A stretch of 64,000 bases of DNA from Myxococcota bacterium (GCA_965250285.1 OZ252299.1:6048001-6112000), one strand, 5' to 3'; positions 1 to 14,555 are shown, counted from the stretch's first letter. The notes: a model not told the origin generated them from the sequence alone. Translations and numbers: made by a program.

Positions 1-801
1 TCGATGGAGCTCGAGCCCTTCGAGCTCGGTCACAATCAGCTCGTCGTCGACGACGCGGGACAGGTCGCGCTCGCCGGCTTCGCCGAGGGCATCCGCGACG
101 AGGGGCACCTGAACGTGGCGATCGAGGCCGTGGTCTCGGGCCGCGAGATCGAAGAGTTCACGGTCGACGACGATCCGTACCCGCTCTTCGAGATCATCGA
201 AGCGCGCATCTCCGAGGTGCGCATCATGCTCGAAGACGCAGGGCTGCCCACCGAGCGCGTGCGCGAGCGGGGCCGTCCGCCGTGGGACTACGAGGACTAC
301 CTCGACGACGATCCCGAGTTCTTGAACCGCTACCTCGTCGGGCGCGAACACCCTTCGCCGGGCGTGAAGGTGCGCGTGATCCAGAACCCGGTGCTCTTCA
401 CCGTGCGCTTCCGGGACCCCGACAACGGCATGATCGCCGGCCTCGGTGGCGTCGTGCTCGCCTCGGACGACGGAGGCAAGAGCTGGGCGTACCGCAAGAC
501 CGATCGCACCCAGGCGATCTTCTCGGTCGACTCGCTGCCGGGCCGCGCCGTGGCCGTCGGCGAGAAGGGCATCATGCGCACGTCGACCGACGAGGGCCGG
601 AACTGGGCGAAGCCCGGCGCGGACGACTTCCCGATCGTCTTCACGTACATGCGCGACGTCGACTTCGCGCGCTCGGGCAAGCTCGGCTTCATCGTGGGCC
701 AGACGGGCCAGATCCTGCGCTCGACCGACGCCGGCATCGCCTGGGAGCAGGTGCTGCCGCCCGCCGATCGGGTGACCGGCATGACGTCGGACCCGAGCTG
801 A
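1..801 (+). CDS. YCF48/BNR (Asp-box) repeat beta-propeller protein, 5'-truncated by the window edge
   Basis: Three Asp-box motifs (SDDGGKSW, STDEGRNW, STDAGIAW) with AVGEKG/IVGQTG blades; frame is open to position 1. Confidence 0.75.
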   Translation, partial: SMELEPFELGHNQLVVDDAGQVALAGFAEGIRDEGHLNVAIEAVVSGREIEEFTVDDDPYPLFEIIEARISEVRIMLEDAGLPTERVRERGRPPWDYEDYLDDDPEFLNRYLVGREHPSPGVKVRVIQNPVLFTVRFRDPDNGMIAGLGGVVLASDDGGKSWAYRKTDRTQAIFSVDSLPGRAVAVGEKGIMRTSTDEGRNWAKPGADDFPIVFTYMRDVDFARSGKLGFIVGQTGQILRSTDAGIAWEQVLPPADRVTGMTSDPS

Positions 802-1025
802 AGGGCGCCTCGAGGCTCGACTCGGGCCGGCCCACTGATCTGCCACGCGCCGCCGAGCCCCGACCCGGGCCGGCGGCGCGCCTCGTTTTGGGCGCGCGTC
901 GTTCTGGGCTCGCGCCGGCGCGCGGGGGTTTGCCCTCGCTCTGGCGGAGGGCCTCACAGCGGGGTCTCGCAGCGCCGGGGTGCGCGCGCTCGCGCCGATC
1001 GTCGGGGGCACTTCCCAATCGCGAC

Positions 1026-1051
1026 TCAAGCCGGCAACTTTGCGCTCCGAT
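1026..1051 (+). promoter_or_regulatory. sigma28/FliA-like promoter upstream of diguanylate cyclase
   Basis: TCAAG (1026-1030), 16 nt, CCGAT (1047-1051); same motif recurs at four other motility loci. Confidence 0.5.
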
Positions 1052-1137
1052 CCGACTGGGAAGCCCTTTTCGGCGCGAGGCCGTGAACGGGGCGCACAGC
1101 CGGGCCCGAGCGCCCGACACGCCGAGGACCCCGCCCG

Positions 1138-2550
1138 ATGAGCCAGCAGGCACCGCGTTCGCGATCGACGCTGCTCTGGTGCGGGCCGCCCTCGGTGCGG
1201 GATCGCGTCGAGGCGCTGCTCTCGGATCTCGATGTCGAGCTGACCGGATGCACCGACGCGTGTGATCTGCCCCGGCTCGTCGCGTCGAGCGACGCCGCCG
1301 GCGCGCTCGTGCACGCCCTCGCGATCGAGGCCGACGCCGACGACTGGGAACGCGCCGCATCGGCCCTCGAATCGAGCCGGATCCCCTGGATGGTGCTCAC
1401 GCCCGACGACACGCCGCGACCGGCCGTGCTCGAGGCGGGCTCGGCCGCGGGCGCGCACGGACTCGTCGCGGCCGCCGATCTCGAGTCGGTGCTGCCCGTC
1501 TGGCTCGGTCCGCTCGTCGCGCTCGCCGGCAGCCGCAGCGAGCTCGGTTCACTGCGGCGCACGATCGAGTGGCAGGGACAGTTCCAGCAGCTTTCATCGT
1601 GCCTCGAGGCGGGCCAGCTGCATCCGCTCGGCCTCGATCTGCTGATGCGCGCATGCGGGCGCGAGCATGGGCTTGCGCTCTTTCATCCCGAGGGCCCGGG
1701 CAAGGGGCTCGCATCGGCCTTTCGCGGCTTCGACGAGGAGCAGTCCGATCTGCTGACGGCGCGGCTCGTCGACGACAAGCCCCTCGACCTCGAGGCGCTC
1801 GAGGGCATTGGCGTCGTCGACCGCGGACCCGTGCACGAGGCACTGCGAGAAGCGGGGGTGGCGGCCGACGAGATCCTGCAGGTGCCCGTCGAGGGAGAGG
1901 ACGGTCCGACCGGGGTGCTCTACGTGCCTTCGGGGGGTGTGCCGATGGGCGAGGTCGAGCGTTCGGCCGCTTCTCTGCTGCTCGAGTACGTCCGCATGGC
2001 CCAGATCAACGTCGAGAAGTACGGCAAGGCCAAGGAACGCGCCTTCGTCGACGACGTGACCGAGCTCTACAACGCACGCTATCTGATCCAGACGACCGAC
2101 AACGAGATCCAACGCGCCGATCGCTACGGCAACCCGATCTCGGTGTTGTTCCTCGATCTCGACCGGTTCAAGCGCGTGAACGACGAGTGGGGACACCTCG
2201 TCGGCTCGGAGACCCTGCGCCGGCTCGCTCGGCTGCTGTCGAGCTGCGTGCGCCAGGTCGATACGCTGGCGCGCTACGGCGGCGACGAGTTCACGATCCT
2301 GCTCGTCGACACCGACCACAATGCGGCCGTCCACGTTGCCGAGCGCATCCGTCGCACGGTCGAAGAAGAGACCTTCGAGGTCGGGCCCGAGGCACGGCTC
2401 AAGCTCACGGTCTCGGTCGGTGTGGCGACGTGCCCCGATCACGCGACGACGCGCGAGGCGCTGCTCGATGCGTCGGACAAGGCGATGTACCGGGCGAAGT
2501 CGGACGGACGCAATCGCGTCTGCTCGGCGCACGAGCTGTTCGACGACTGA
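1138..2550 (+). CDS. Diguanylate cyclase (degenerate REC/GAF-like N-terminus plus GGDEF domain)
   Basis: DDVTELYN, FLDLDRFKRVNDEWGHLVG, RQVD I-site five residues before GGDEF, SDKAMYRAK. Confidence 0.9.
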   Translation: MSQQAPRSRSTLLWCGPPSVRDRVEALLSDLDVELTGCTDACDLPRLVASSDAAGALVHALAIEADADDWERAASALESSRIPWMVLTPDDTPRPAVLEAGSAAGAHGLVAAADLESVLPVWLGPLVALAGSRSELGSLRRTIEWQGQFQQLSSCLEAGQLHPLGLDLLMRACGREHGLALFHPEGPGKGLASAFRGFDEEQSDLLTARLVDDKPLDLEALEGIGVVDRGPVHEALREAGVAADEILQVPVEGEDGPTGVLYVPSGGVPMGEVERSAASLLLEYVRMAQINVEKYGKAKERAFVDDVTELYNARYLIQTTDNEIQRADRYGNPISVLFLDLDRFKRVNDEWGHLVGSETLRRLARLLSSCVRQVDTLARYGGDEFTILLVDTDHNAAVHVAERIRRTVEEETFEVGPEARLKLTVSVGVATCPDHATTREALLDASDKAMYRAKSDGRNRVCSAHELFDD

Positions 2551-2573
2551 GGCGCCGACCCGGCCCGTCGCGT

Positions 2574-2602
2574 TTGACAGCGAATCCCCGCGCTGCTAAT
2601 TC
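2574..2602 (+). promoter_or_regulatory. Putative sigma70 promoter of aspS
   Basis: TTGACA (2574-2579), 17 nt, TAATTC preceded by TGn; the -10 is imperfect. Confidence 0.45.
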
Positions 2603-2784
2603 AAGCGACCGTTTTTGCAGGGTTTTTCCGGCGCGTGGCCCCGCCCCACGGTCGGTTTCCCCAGTCGAGCTTCCGCCCGCCCACCGAGCCAGTGCGCTGT
2701 CTGCACCACGGCGTGCGAGACTCCATCGCCCCGTCCCCCGGTCGCACTGCCCGGTGCGTCTGCGAACCAGAGATCGAGAACGAA

Positions 2785-4617
<1,833 letters not shown>

Positions 4618-4646
4618 GGTCACGCCCAAAGACGCGAGGTGTTCGA

Positions 4647-5903
4647 ATGCGATTCGGAGTCTTCTACGAGCTGCAGCTCCCGCGTCCCTGGAACGACGGC
4701 GCCGAGCACCGCCTCTTTCAAGAAGCCCTCTCACAAGTCGAGCTCGCCGATCGTCTCGGGCTCGACTACGCGTGGGAGGTCGAGCACCACTTTCTCGAAG
4801 AGTACTCGCACTCGTCCTCGCCCGAGGTGTTCCTCGCGGCCGCCGCAGCCCGCACCCAGCGCATTCGGCTAGGGCATGGCATTCGGCAGGTGATCGCCCA
4901 CTACAACCATCCGGCGCGCACGGCCGAGTGCATCTCTTCACTCGACCTCGTCTCGAGCGGACGCGTCGACTTCGGGATCGGCGAGGGGGCGACCCGCCTC
5001 GAGCTGCACGGCTTCGGGATCCCGGCGAAGACGAAGCGGGCGATGTCGCTTGAGGCGGCCGAGCAGATCGCGAACATGATGGTGATGGATCCGTACCCGG
5101 GCTTCGAGGGCGAGTCGTTCTCGATGCCCTGTCGGAACGTGCTGCCGAAGCCGATGCAGAAGCCGCACCCGCCTATGTGGATCGCCTGCACCAATCGAGA
5201 CACGATCAAGGTCGCCGCGCGTCACGGCCTCGGAGCCCTCGCGTTCTCGTTCGTCGACCCCGAAGAGGCACGCGCCTGGCAGAAGGTCTACTACGACATC
5301 ATCAAGAGCGACGAGTGCGTGCCGATCGGTCACACGGTGAACGCCAACATCGCGCTGGTGTCTTCGTTCTCGATCCACGAAGACCGTGTCGAGGCGATCC
5401 GTCGCGGGCAGGAAGGCTTCGAGTTCTTCAACTACGCGCTGCGCGCGCTGGTCACGCGCGACAGCGTGCCCGGCCGCTCGCGTCTCTGGGAGCAGTTCGT
5501 CGAAGAGCGGCGCGATCGGACCGAGCAGTTGATCGAGCTCGCCCGCACGGGCGATGCCTCGAAGTTCGCGCACGCCCCGGGCATCGGGACCCCGGACGAC
5601 TTCGCCGAGCACCTGCGCGAGATGCAGGCCGCGGGTGTCGATCAGGTGATCTTGATGCAGCAGGCGGGCAACAACCGCCACGAGCACATCTGCGAGGCGC
5701 TCGAGCTGTTTGCGCGCGACGTCATGCCCGAGTTCGTGGAGGGGCGCGAAGCGCGCGAGGCCGAGAAGGCGCGCGAGCTCGCGCCCTACATCGAGGCTGC
5801 GCTCGCCCGCAAGAAGCGGATGCCCAGCCTCGACGACGCCGACATTCCGGTGGTGGCGGCGTCGGTCAAGCGCGTGCAGGTGAACAGCGGCTCGGTGAGC
5901 TAG
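4647..5903 (+). CDS. LLM-class (luciferase-like) flavin-dependent oxidoreductase
   Basis: MRFGVFYELQLPRPW, AWEVEHHFLEEYSHSSSPE, LDLVSSGRVDFGIG, PKPMQKPHPPMW. Confidence 0.9.
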   Translation: MRFGVFYELQLPRPWNDGAEHRLFQEALSQVELADRLGLDYAWEVEHHFLEEYSHSSSPEVFLAAAAARTQRIRLGHGIRQVIAHYNHPARTAECISSLDLVSSGRVDFGIGEGATRLELHGFGIPAKTKRAMSLEAAEQIANMMVMDPYPGFEGESFSMPCRNVLPKPMQKPHPPMWIACTNRDTIKVAARHGLGALAFSFVDPEEARAWQKVYYDIIKSDECVPIGHTVNANIALVSSFSIHEDRVEAIRRGQEGFEFFNYALRALVTRDSVPGRSRLWEQFVEERRDRTEQLIELARTGDASKFAHAPGIGTPDDFAEHLREMQAAGVDQVILMQQAGNNRHEHICEALELFARDVMPEFVEGREAREAEKARELAPYIEAALARKKRMPSLDDADIPVVAASVKRVQVNSGSVS

Positions 5904-5972
5904 GCGCTCGCACGGCCGATGCGCCCGGGCACGGCGGTTGTTTCTGGGCCCCGCGCCCCGCCTGCGCGCGGG

Positions 5973-7148
5973 CTAGGGCGTCGCCCCGATCGGTCCCAGG
6001 ATCGAGTCCGCCAGCTTCTTGCGGTGGTGCGCACCGTCGCCGTAGAGCGCCTGGTCGTGCATCGAGCGCTTGAAGAAGATGTGCACGTCGCACTCCCAGG
6101 TGAAGCCGATGCCGCCGTGCAGCTGCACCGAGCGGTCGCTCGCGTAGGCGCCGGCGTCGCTCGCCGCGCTCTTCGCCATGCGCGCTGCATCGAGGGCGTC
6201 ATCGTCGCCGACGTCGGCCGAGCAGGCGGCGTGGTAGACCAGCGATCGGGCGCGGTCGATGCCGCACATCACGTCGACCAGTGGATGCTTGACGGCCTGG
6301 AAGAACCCGAGCGGGTGATCGAACTGCTTTCGATCCTGGGCGTACTTGACCGTGGTCTGCAGCTGCCACTCGGCCGAGCCGCAGAGATCGGCGGCGACCG
6401 TCGTCAGCACGGCGGGCCAGGCGGCCTCGAAGGCGGCCGACCCGTCGCGGCTGACGACGTTGCCAGGCGGCACCGACACGCCGCTGAAGCGCACGGTCGC
6501 CTGGTCGCGGGTCAGGTCGTGGATCTGATCGCGCGATCGCTCGACGCCCTCGGCATCGGTGGGCACCACGCACAGGGCCAGCGATTCACCGAGCTTCGCC
6601 ACGACCAGCAGCTGGTCGCACTTGAACGCGTCCTGCACGAAGCGCGCTTCGCCGTCGAGCACGAGGCCTTCGCCCTCGGCGCGGGCCGTGACGAGCGTGT
6701 TCGCCGGATCCCAGCTGCCCGTGGTGTCGGCGAACGCGAGGCTCGCCGTCTGGCCATCGGCGATGCGCCCGAGCCAGGCGTCCGCGGCCTCACTGTCGAC
6801 CTCGCGCAGCACGAATGTGGCGTGCAGCGTGGGAAGCAGCGGCGAGGGCAGCGCGTGGCCGCCGACCTGCTCGACGAGGCCGCAGATGCCGGCGAGGTTG
6901 ATGCCCACGCCGCCCTTCGCCTCGGGGACCGCGAGGCCCGTCCAGCCGAGCTCGACGATCTGCTTCCACAGATCGGCGTCCCAGCGCGTCGGTTCACCGC
7001 GGTCGTACACGCTCTCGTGATCTTCGGCGACGAGCAGCCTCAGCTTCTCGACGGGCAGATGCTCGTCGAGGAACTGTCGGGCGACGTCGCGCAGCATCTC
7101 TTCGTCGGAGCCGAAGCCGAAATCCTTGGGGTGTTCGTGCTTGCCCAT
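5973..7148 (-). CDS. Acyl-CoA dehydrogenase family protein (likely non-catalytic subunit of a heteromeric ACAD)
   Basis: YAQDRKQFDHPLGFFQAVKH, VQLHGGIGFTWE; lacks the usual C-terminal IxEGT motif. Confidence 0.88.
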   Translation of the reverse strand: MGKHEHPKDFGFGSDEEMLRDVARQFLDEHLPVEKLRLLVAEDHESVYDRGEPTRWDADLWKQIVELGWTGLAVPEAKGGVGINLAGICGLVEQVGGHALPSPLLPTLHATFVLREVDSEAADAWLGRIADGQTASLAFADTTGSWDPANTLVTARAEGEGLVLDGEARFVQDAFKCDQLLVVAKLGESLALCVVPTDAEGVERSRDQIHDLTRDQATVRFSGVSVPPGNVVSRDGSAAFEAAWPAVLTTVAADLCGSAEWQLQTTVKYAQDRKQFDHPLGFFQAVKHPLVDVMCGIDRARSLVYHAACSADVGDDDALDAARMAKSAASDAGAYASDRSVQLHGGIGFTWECDVHIFFKRSMHDQALYGDGAHHRKKLADSILGPIGATP

Positions 7149-7165
7149 CGTCTCTTCCTCCCCGC

Positions 7166-8368
<1,203 letters not shown>

Positions 8369-8463
8369 CGGCTTCTCCGCGACGTGGGGTGGTGTCGGCG
8401 CCGGTCACCCGGGGTCGACCGGCCGATCGAGCCTAGCCCGCGGCGGCCGGGCGGCGAGATCCG

Positions 8464-8490
8464 TTGACTAAACCGTCTGGACGGTATAGT
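8464..8490 (+). promoter_or_regulatory. TetR operator palindrome overlapping a sigma70-type promoter
   Basis: ACTAaACCGTCtgGACGGTaTAGT (8467-8490, 20/24 self-complementary) spanning TTGACT (8464) and TATAGT (8485); ATG follows 8 nt later. Confidence 0.8.
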
Positions 8491-8498
8491 TATCGCGG

Positions 8499-9056
8499 AT
8501 GCCCAGACCGCCGAAGGCCCGCGAAGCCATCCTCGACGCCGCACAGAGCCGCCTGCTCGAGCTCGGGCCCACCGGCCTCGTGCTCGAGACCGTCGCCGCC
8601 GAGGCCGGCGTCTCGAAGGGGGGCCTTCTCTATCACTTTCCGTCGAAGGAGGCGCTGGTCGCCGGCCTGACCGAGCGCATGCTCGCCGGCTTCGATGCGC
8701 TGCAGTCGGTGCTCCAGGCCGATGATCCCGATGAAGCCGGCGCCTGGACGCGGGCCTATGTGCGCAGCACGGTGACGCCCCAGGGCGAGCCGGCCGATGA
8801 CTCGGCGCGCCTCATGGCCGGGCTGCTGGCGGGCTTCGGCGGCGACCCGACGCGACTCGGCGAGGTGCAGGCGCGATTCCAGCAGTGGCAGGCCCGCATC
8901 GAGCAGGCCGACGGCGTCGACCCGACCAGCGCGACCATCGTGCGCCTCGCGGCCGATGGTCTGTGGCTCTCGGCCCTGCTCGGACTGCCGGGCATGGGTA
9001 AACCCCTCGCGAAGCAGGTCATGGCGCGGCTCGACGCCATGACGCGAGAGCGCTGA
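8499..9056 (+). CDS. TetR/AcrR family transcriptional regulator
   Basis: ILDAA...LETVAAEAGVSKGGLLYHFPSKEAL HTH; C-terminal RLAADGLW. Confidence 0.95.
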   Translation: MPRPPKAREAILDAAQSRLLELGPTGLVLETVAAEAGVSKGGLLYHFPSKEALVAGLTERMLAGFDALQSVLQADDPDEAGAWTRAYVRSTVTPQGEPADDSARLMAGLLAGFGGDPTRLGEVQARFQQWQARIEQADGVDPTSATIVRLAADGLWLSALLGLPGMGKPLAKQVMARLDAMTRER

Positions 9057-9058
9057 GC

Positions 9059-9859
9059 GTGTCGCGCGACGAACGCGCGGCCGGTACGCCGCGGTCGCCC
9101 GACGTCCTCGACCATGAGATCGAAGCCCTCGAGGCCCGCTTGCGCGAGGGCATGCACGACCTCGCGCGCATGCGTCGGCTGGTGCGCCGGCATGCGCGAT
9201 CGGAGTGGGGCGACATCCGCGACGAGTGGGATGCGCTCGACGGCCGTGTGCGCACCGTCGCCATCGCGCTCGGCGTCGCGTTCTTCCTCGGCGCGTATCT
9301 CTTCTACATGAACCTCGGCTGGTATGCCGATCAGCGCGCGCTCCCCGAGAGCAGCGACTGGCTGCTCGACCGGCTGCCGGCCTGGAACGTCGTGCCGCTG
9401 CTCTCGTGGGGCTGGCTGGCTCTGCATGCCTGGGCGGTCGGGGTCGCCGTGCTCTACCACCCGCGGCGGATGCCGTTCCTGCTCGTGTTGCTCGGCGTCT
9501 ACCTCTTCGTGCGCACGCTCTACGTGTTCCTGTCGCCGATCGGCGCGCCGGCGCAGATCCTCGACATGCGCGAGCTCGATGGGCTCTTCGCGCTGGTCGT
9601 GGGCGAGTACACCTTTCAGAACGAGTTCATCTTCTCGGGGCACACCGCCGTGCCGTTTCTGTTCTTCCTGTTCTTCGACACGCGCTGGCAGAAGGGCGTG
9701 ATGCTCGTGGGGTCGCTCGTCATGGCCTTCGCCGTACTCGTGACCCGCAATCACTACGCCGTCGACGTGCTGAGCGCCTACCTCGTGGGCTACTCGGTCT
9801 ACGCGCTCTCGGGCTGGCTCTTTCGGGCGATTCGCCCCGACCCGGTCGCAGCCGTCTGA
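9059..9859 (+). CDS. Sphingomyelin-synthase-like / PAP2-superfamily membrane lipid phosphotransferase
   Basis: About 6 TM segments; FIFSGHT and HYAVDVLSAY match the SMS D3 (SGHT) and D4 (HYxxDVxxxY) motifs. Confidence 0.7.
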   Translation: MSRDERAAGTPRSPDVLDHEIEALEARLREGMHDLARMRRLVRRHARSEWGDIRDEWDALDGRVRTVAIALGVAFFLGAYLFYMNLGWYADQRALPESSDWLLDRLPAWNVVPLLSWGWLALHAWAVGVAVLYHPRRMPFLLVLLGVYLFVRTLYVFLSPIGAPAQILDMRELDGLFALVVGEYTFQNEFIFSGHTAVPFLFFLFFDTRWQKGVMLVGSLVMAFAVLVTRNHYAVDVLSAYLVGYSVYALSGWLFRAIRPDPVAAV

Positions 9860-9882
9860 GCGGGCCAGGCCGCCCAGACCGC

Positions 9883-10911
9883 CTACAGCTCGACCACCGT
9901 TCGGCCCATCGTCTCGCGGCGCTCGAGCGCTTCGAGGGCCGCGGGAAGTGCGTCGAAGGACACTACTTTTCCGACGACGGGTCGGATGCGACCGGCCTCG
10001 AGCTGCTGCACCAGCTCGGCGTGGATGGTCTCGCCGACTTCGCGGGGCACCAGGTTGAAGCCGGTCGCGCGCTTGATCGCCGGGGCCTGGCTCGAGTAGG
10101 CGAGCAGCACGCCGAGCAGCGCGAAATTGCCGAAGAGGACGGGGCGCGGCGTCACGCTCTGATCCTCGGCTTCGATGCCGCTCGAGAAGCCGATCATCAG
10201 GTGGCGACCGTTGCGCGCGATGCAGCGAAACGAGCGCTCGGCGACGTCGCCACCGACGGTGTCGAAGACGACGTCGACCCCGCGGCCGCCCGTCGCATCG
10301 AGCACGACCTCGGCGAAGTCGTCGGTTGCGTAGTCGATCGCGTGATCGGCGCCGAGCTTGCGACAGAACTCGACCTTCTCGGGGCGGCCGGCCGTGGCGA
10401 ACACCGTCGCCCCCGCCGCCTTCGCGACCTGCACCGCAGCCGAGCCGATGCCGCCCGCGGCCGCATGCACGAGCACCGTCTCGCCGGACTCGAGTCGACC
10501 CCGTTCGTGCAGTCCGAGCCATGCGAGGTGGAAGGGAAAGAAAAACGCCGCCGCCGCAGGGCCCGTCAGGCGCTCGGGCGCGTCGAACACGAGGTCGGTC
10601 GAGGCGAGCGCCTGATCCGCGAAGCCGCCCTGCGCGCCGTCGGGGCAGGCGAGCACCCGCCGCCCGAGCCAGGCTTCGGCGCCCGCGCCGGCGGCGTCGA
10701 CGACGCCGGTCACCTCCATCCCCGCGACGTAGGGCAGCGGCGGATCGACCGTGCGGTAGCGGCCGTAGCAGCCGTCGACGTCGTTCAGGTTGAGCACCGA
10801 GTGGGTGACGGCGACGCGCACCTGGCCGGGCCCGGGCGCGGGTGCGTCGACCTGGTCGAGCACCAGGGCTTCGGTCGGTCGGGCGTGCCGATGGACGCGC
10901 CAGGCCCTCAT
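9883..10911 (-). CDS. NADPH:quinone oxidoreductase (MDR, zeta-crystallin-like)
   Basis: LPYVAGMEVTGVV, VLVHAAAGGIGSAAVQ, GVDVVFDTVGG. Confidence 0.9.
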   Translation of the reverse strand: MRAWRVHRHARPTEALVLDQVDAPAPGPGQVRVAVTHSVLNLNDVDGCYGRYRTVDPPLPYVAGMEVTGVVDAAGAGAEAWLGRRVLACPDGAQGGFADQALASTDLVFDAPERLTGPAAAAFFFPFHLAWLGLHERGRLESGETVLVHAAAGGIGSAAVQVAKAAGATVFATAGRPEKVEFCRKLGADHAIDYATDDFAEVVLDATGGRGVDVVFDTVGGDVAERSFRCIARNGRHLMIGFSSGIEAEDQSVTPRPVLFGNFALLGVLLAYSSQAPAIKRATGFNLVPREVGETIHAELVQQLEAGRIRPVVGKVVSFDALPAALEALERRETMGRTVVEL

Positions 10912-11266
10912 CCGCGTCGCCGATCGGCCGCGGCGCAGGCGCGCGCCCGAAGCAAGCGAGGTCGGCAGAGGCTCAGGCGATCACGGCGGCGCATCGATCA
11001 TGCTCCTGCGCGGAGGGACGGTGAGGCTCGAAGTCTCTCACGACCGACGCGATTCGGCCGCTCGTCGCGGCGCCGCGCACCTGTCCCCGGGGAATCGCGT
11101 CCGCCGCCGCCCATCCGGGCGCGGATCGGGAATGGCGGAGCGGCCTGGGATCGCTTACAAAGTGCCGGCCGCGAGAGCGCATCGAGGCCCCCCTCGAACC
11201 GCGCTCGCCCCCTGCGTGCCGGAAGGCACCCCGGCCGCGGAAACCGCAATCGAAACGCGCACTTGA

Positions 11267-12256
<990 letters not shown>

Positions 12257-12357
12257 AACCCGAACGTCTCGGTCGCTCGCCACTCACCGCGCCGGCTGCC
12301 TCCGGGCCGTCGGCGCGAAGAGTGCTCGGGCCCCGACATCGTGCATCGGAGAACCCC

Positions 12358-13527
12358 ATGAACGTCCACGAATATCAGGCCAAGGAGCTGCTGCGCACGT
12401 TCGACGTCGCGGTGCCCGACGGCCAGCTCGCCACGACGCCCGAAGAGGCCGAGAAGGCAGCGAAGTCGCTCGGCACGTCGGTCGTCGTCGTGAAGGCCCA
12501 GGTGCACGCCGGTGGCCGTGGCAAGGCCGGCGGCGTCAAGGTCGTGAAGAGCCCCGGTGACGCCAAGCAGGCGGCGAGCGAGATCCTCGGCATGACGCTG
12601 CACACGCCGCAGACCCCGCCCGAGGGCAAGCTCGTGCGCAAGGTCTACGTCGAGGCCGGCAGCGACATCGACCGCGAGCTCTACCTCGCGCTGCTCTTCG
12701 ATCGCGGTGCCGAGCAGTACGCGCTCGTCGCCAGCACCGAGGGCGGCATGGAGATCGAGGAGGTCGCCGCCGCGACCCCCGAGAAGATCCTCACGACGCT
12801 CATCGACCCGAACGTCGGCCTGAAGGATCACCAGGCCCGCACGCTGGGCTTCGATCTCGGCCTGTCGTTCGACGAGGTCAAGAACTTCGTGCCCTTCGTG
12901 CGCGGTCTCTGGAACCTCTACCAGGCGAAGGATTGCAGCCAGGTCGAGATCAACCCGCTCGTCATCACGAAGCAGGGCGACGTGCTCGCGCTCGACGCGA
13001 AGCTCGGCTTCGACGACAACGCGCTCTACCGAAACAAGGACGTCGCCGAGCTGCGCGACCCCGAAGAGGAAGATCCCCGCGAGCGCGCGGCCAACGAGAT
13101 CGACCTCGCCTACGTGGGCCTCGACGGTGACATCGGCTGCATGGTGAATGGCGCGGGCCTCGCGATGGCGACCCTCGACATGATCCACCTCTGCGGCGGA
13201 ACGCCGGCCAACTTCCTCGACGCCGGCGGCGGCGCCGACAAGGAGAAGGTCAAGGAGGCGTTCAAGATCATCCTGAACGACGAGAACGTGAAGGCGATCC
13301 TCGTCAACATCTTCGGCGGCATCGTGCGCTGCGATCTGATCGCCGAGGGCGTGGTCGCCGCGGCCGACGATCTCGGCCTCGAGGTGCCGCTGGTCGTGCG
13401 CCTGCAGGGCAACATGGCCGAAGAGGGGCGGGCGATCCTCGCGAAGTCGAGCCTCGACATCACGCCCGTCGAAACGCTCAAGGAAGCGGGCGAGACCGTG
13501 GTCGCCGCCGCAAAGGGAGGCGCCTGA
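12358..13527 (+). CDS. sucC: Succinyl-CoA synthetase beta subunit
   Basis: [52 protein letters not shown]; true start is ATG 12358 within the 9205..13527 ORF. Confidence 0.97.
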   Translation: MNVHEYQAKELLRTFDVAVPDGQLATTPEEAEKAAKSLGTSVVVVKAQVHAGGRGKAGGVKVVKSPGDAKQAASEILGMTLHTPQTPPEGKLVRKVYVEAGSDIDRELYLALLFDRGAEQYALVASTEGGMEIEEVAAATPEKILTTLIDPNVGLKDHQARTLGFDLGLSFDEVKNFVPFVRGLWNLYQAKDCSQVEINPLVITKQGDVLALDAKLGFDDNALYRNKDVAELRDPEEEDPRERAANEIDLAYVGLDGDIGCMVNGAGLAMATLDMIHLCGGTPANFLDAGGGADKEKVKEAFKIILNDENVKAILVNIFGGIVRCDLIAEGVVAAADDLGLEVPLVVRLQGNMAEEGRAILAKSSLDITPVETLKEAGETVVAAAKGGA

Positions 13528-13529
13528 TC

Positions 13530-14408
13530 ATGGCCATCCTCTGCAACAAGGATACGAAGCTGCTGATCCAGGGCATGGGTCGGATGGGCCAGTTCCACGC
13601 CAAGCTCTCGATCGAGTACGGCACCCAGGTCGTCGGTGGCATCGCCCCCGGCAAGGGCGGCACCGAGATCGACGGCATCCCGGTCTTCGACACGGTGCGT
13701 GAGGCCGTGGAGGCCACGGGCGCGAACGCGAGCTGCATCTTCGTGCCGCCGCCCGGCGCGGCCGACGCGATCCTCGAGGCCGCCGACGCGGGGCTCGAGC
13801 TCGGCGTGTGCATCACCGAGGGCATCCCGGTGACCGACATGGCCTCGGCGAAGAACGCGCTCGAGGGCTCGTCGTTTCGGCTGCTCGGTCCGAACTGCCC
13901 TGGCGTCGTGACGCCCGAGCAGTGCCGCATCGGCATCATGCCGGCGCAGATCACGAAGCCCGGCCCCGTCGGCGTCGTCTCGCGCTCGGGCACGCTGACC
14001 TACGAGGCCGTCGACCAGCTCTCGCGCCTGGGCATCGGTCAATCGACCTGCGTCGGCATCGGCGGTGACCCGGTGATCGGTACCAACTTCATCGACGCCC
14101 TCGAGCTCTTCGAGGCCGACCCCGAGACGAAGGCGGTCGTGATGATTGGTGAGATCGGTGGCTCGGCCGAGGAAGAGGCCGCCGAGTTCGTCCAGTCGAA
14201 CATGAGCAAGCCCGTGGCGGCGTTCATCGCCGGCCAGAACGCCCCGCCCGGCAAGCGCATGGGGCACGCGGGCGCGATCATCGCCGGCGGCAAGGGCAAG
14301 GCGAGCGACAAGATGGCGACGCTCGAGAAGTGCGGCGTCAAGGTCTCGCTCTCGCCGGCCACGATCGGCGAGACGCTGGTCGAAGTGGCGCCCGACCTCA
14401 AGCCCTAG
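13530..14408 (+). CDS. sucD: Succinyl-CoA synthetase alpha subunit
   Basis: [44 protein letters not shown]. Confidence 0.97.
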   Translation: MAILCNKDTKLLIQGMGRMGQFHAKLSIEYGTQVVGGIAPGKGGTEIDGIPVFDTVREAVEATGANASCIFVPPPGAADAILEAADAGLELGVCITEGIPVTDMASAKNALEGSSFRLLGPNCPGVVTPEQCRIGIMPAQITKPGPVGVVSRSGTLTYEAVDQLSRLGIGQSTCVGIGGDPVIGTNFIDALELFEADPETKAVVMIGEIGGSAEEEAAEFVQSNMSKPVAAFIAGQNAPPGKRMGHAGAIIAGGKGKASDKMATLEKCGVKVSLSPATIGETLVEVAPDLKP

Positions 14409-14429
14409 GCGGGGCTTTGGCTCGATTCG

Positions 14430-14470
14430 AGGCCCCCGGTCGCGCGCAGCGGCCGGGGGCCTTTGCGTTT
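14430..14470 (+). terminator. Intrinsic terminator after mdh-sucCD
   Basis: 14-bp stem AGGCCCCCGGTCGC/GCGGCCGGGGGCCT, 5-nt loop, followed by TTGCGTTT. Confidence 0.75.
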
Positions 14471-14555
14471 CGATCCGCGACGCGCGCTCGACTGATCGCG
14501 CGTTCGGGGTGACACTCGGGGGCAGGCCGGTCGTCACCGCCTAGAGGAGTCCATC

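Noticed and set aside
1148..1163. sigma54-like AGGCAC...TCGC near the DGC start
   Set aside because: Imperfect at both elements and inside the predicted CDS
10974..10999. Sixth sigma28-like site TCAGG-N16-TCGAT upstream of mdh
   Set aside because: Mismatches in both boxes and 330 bp from the start codon
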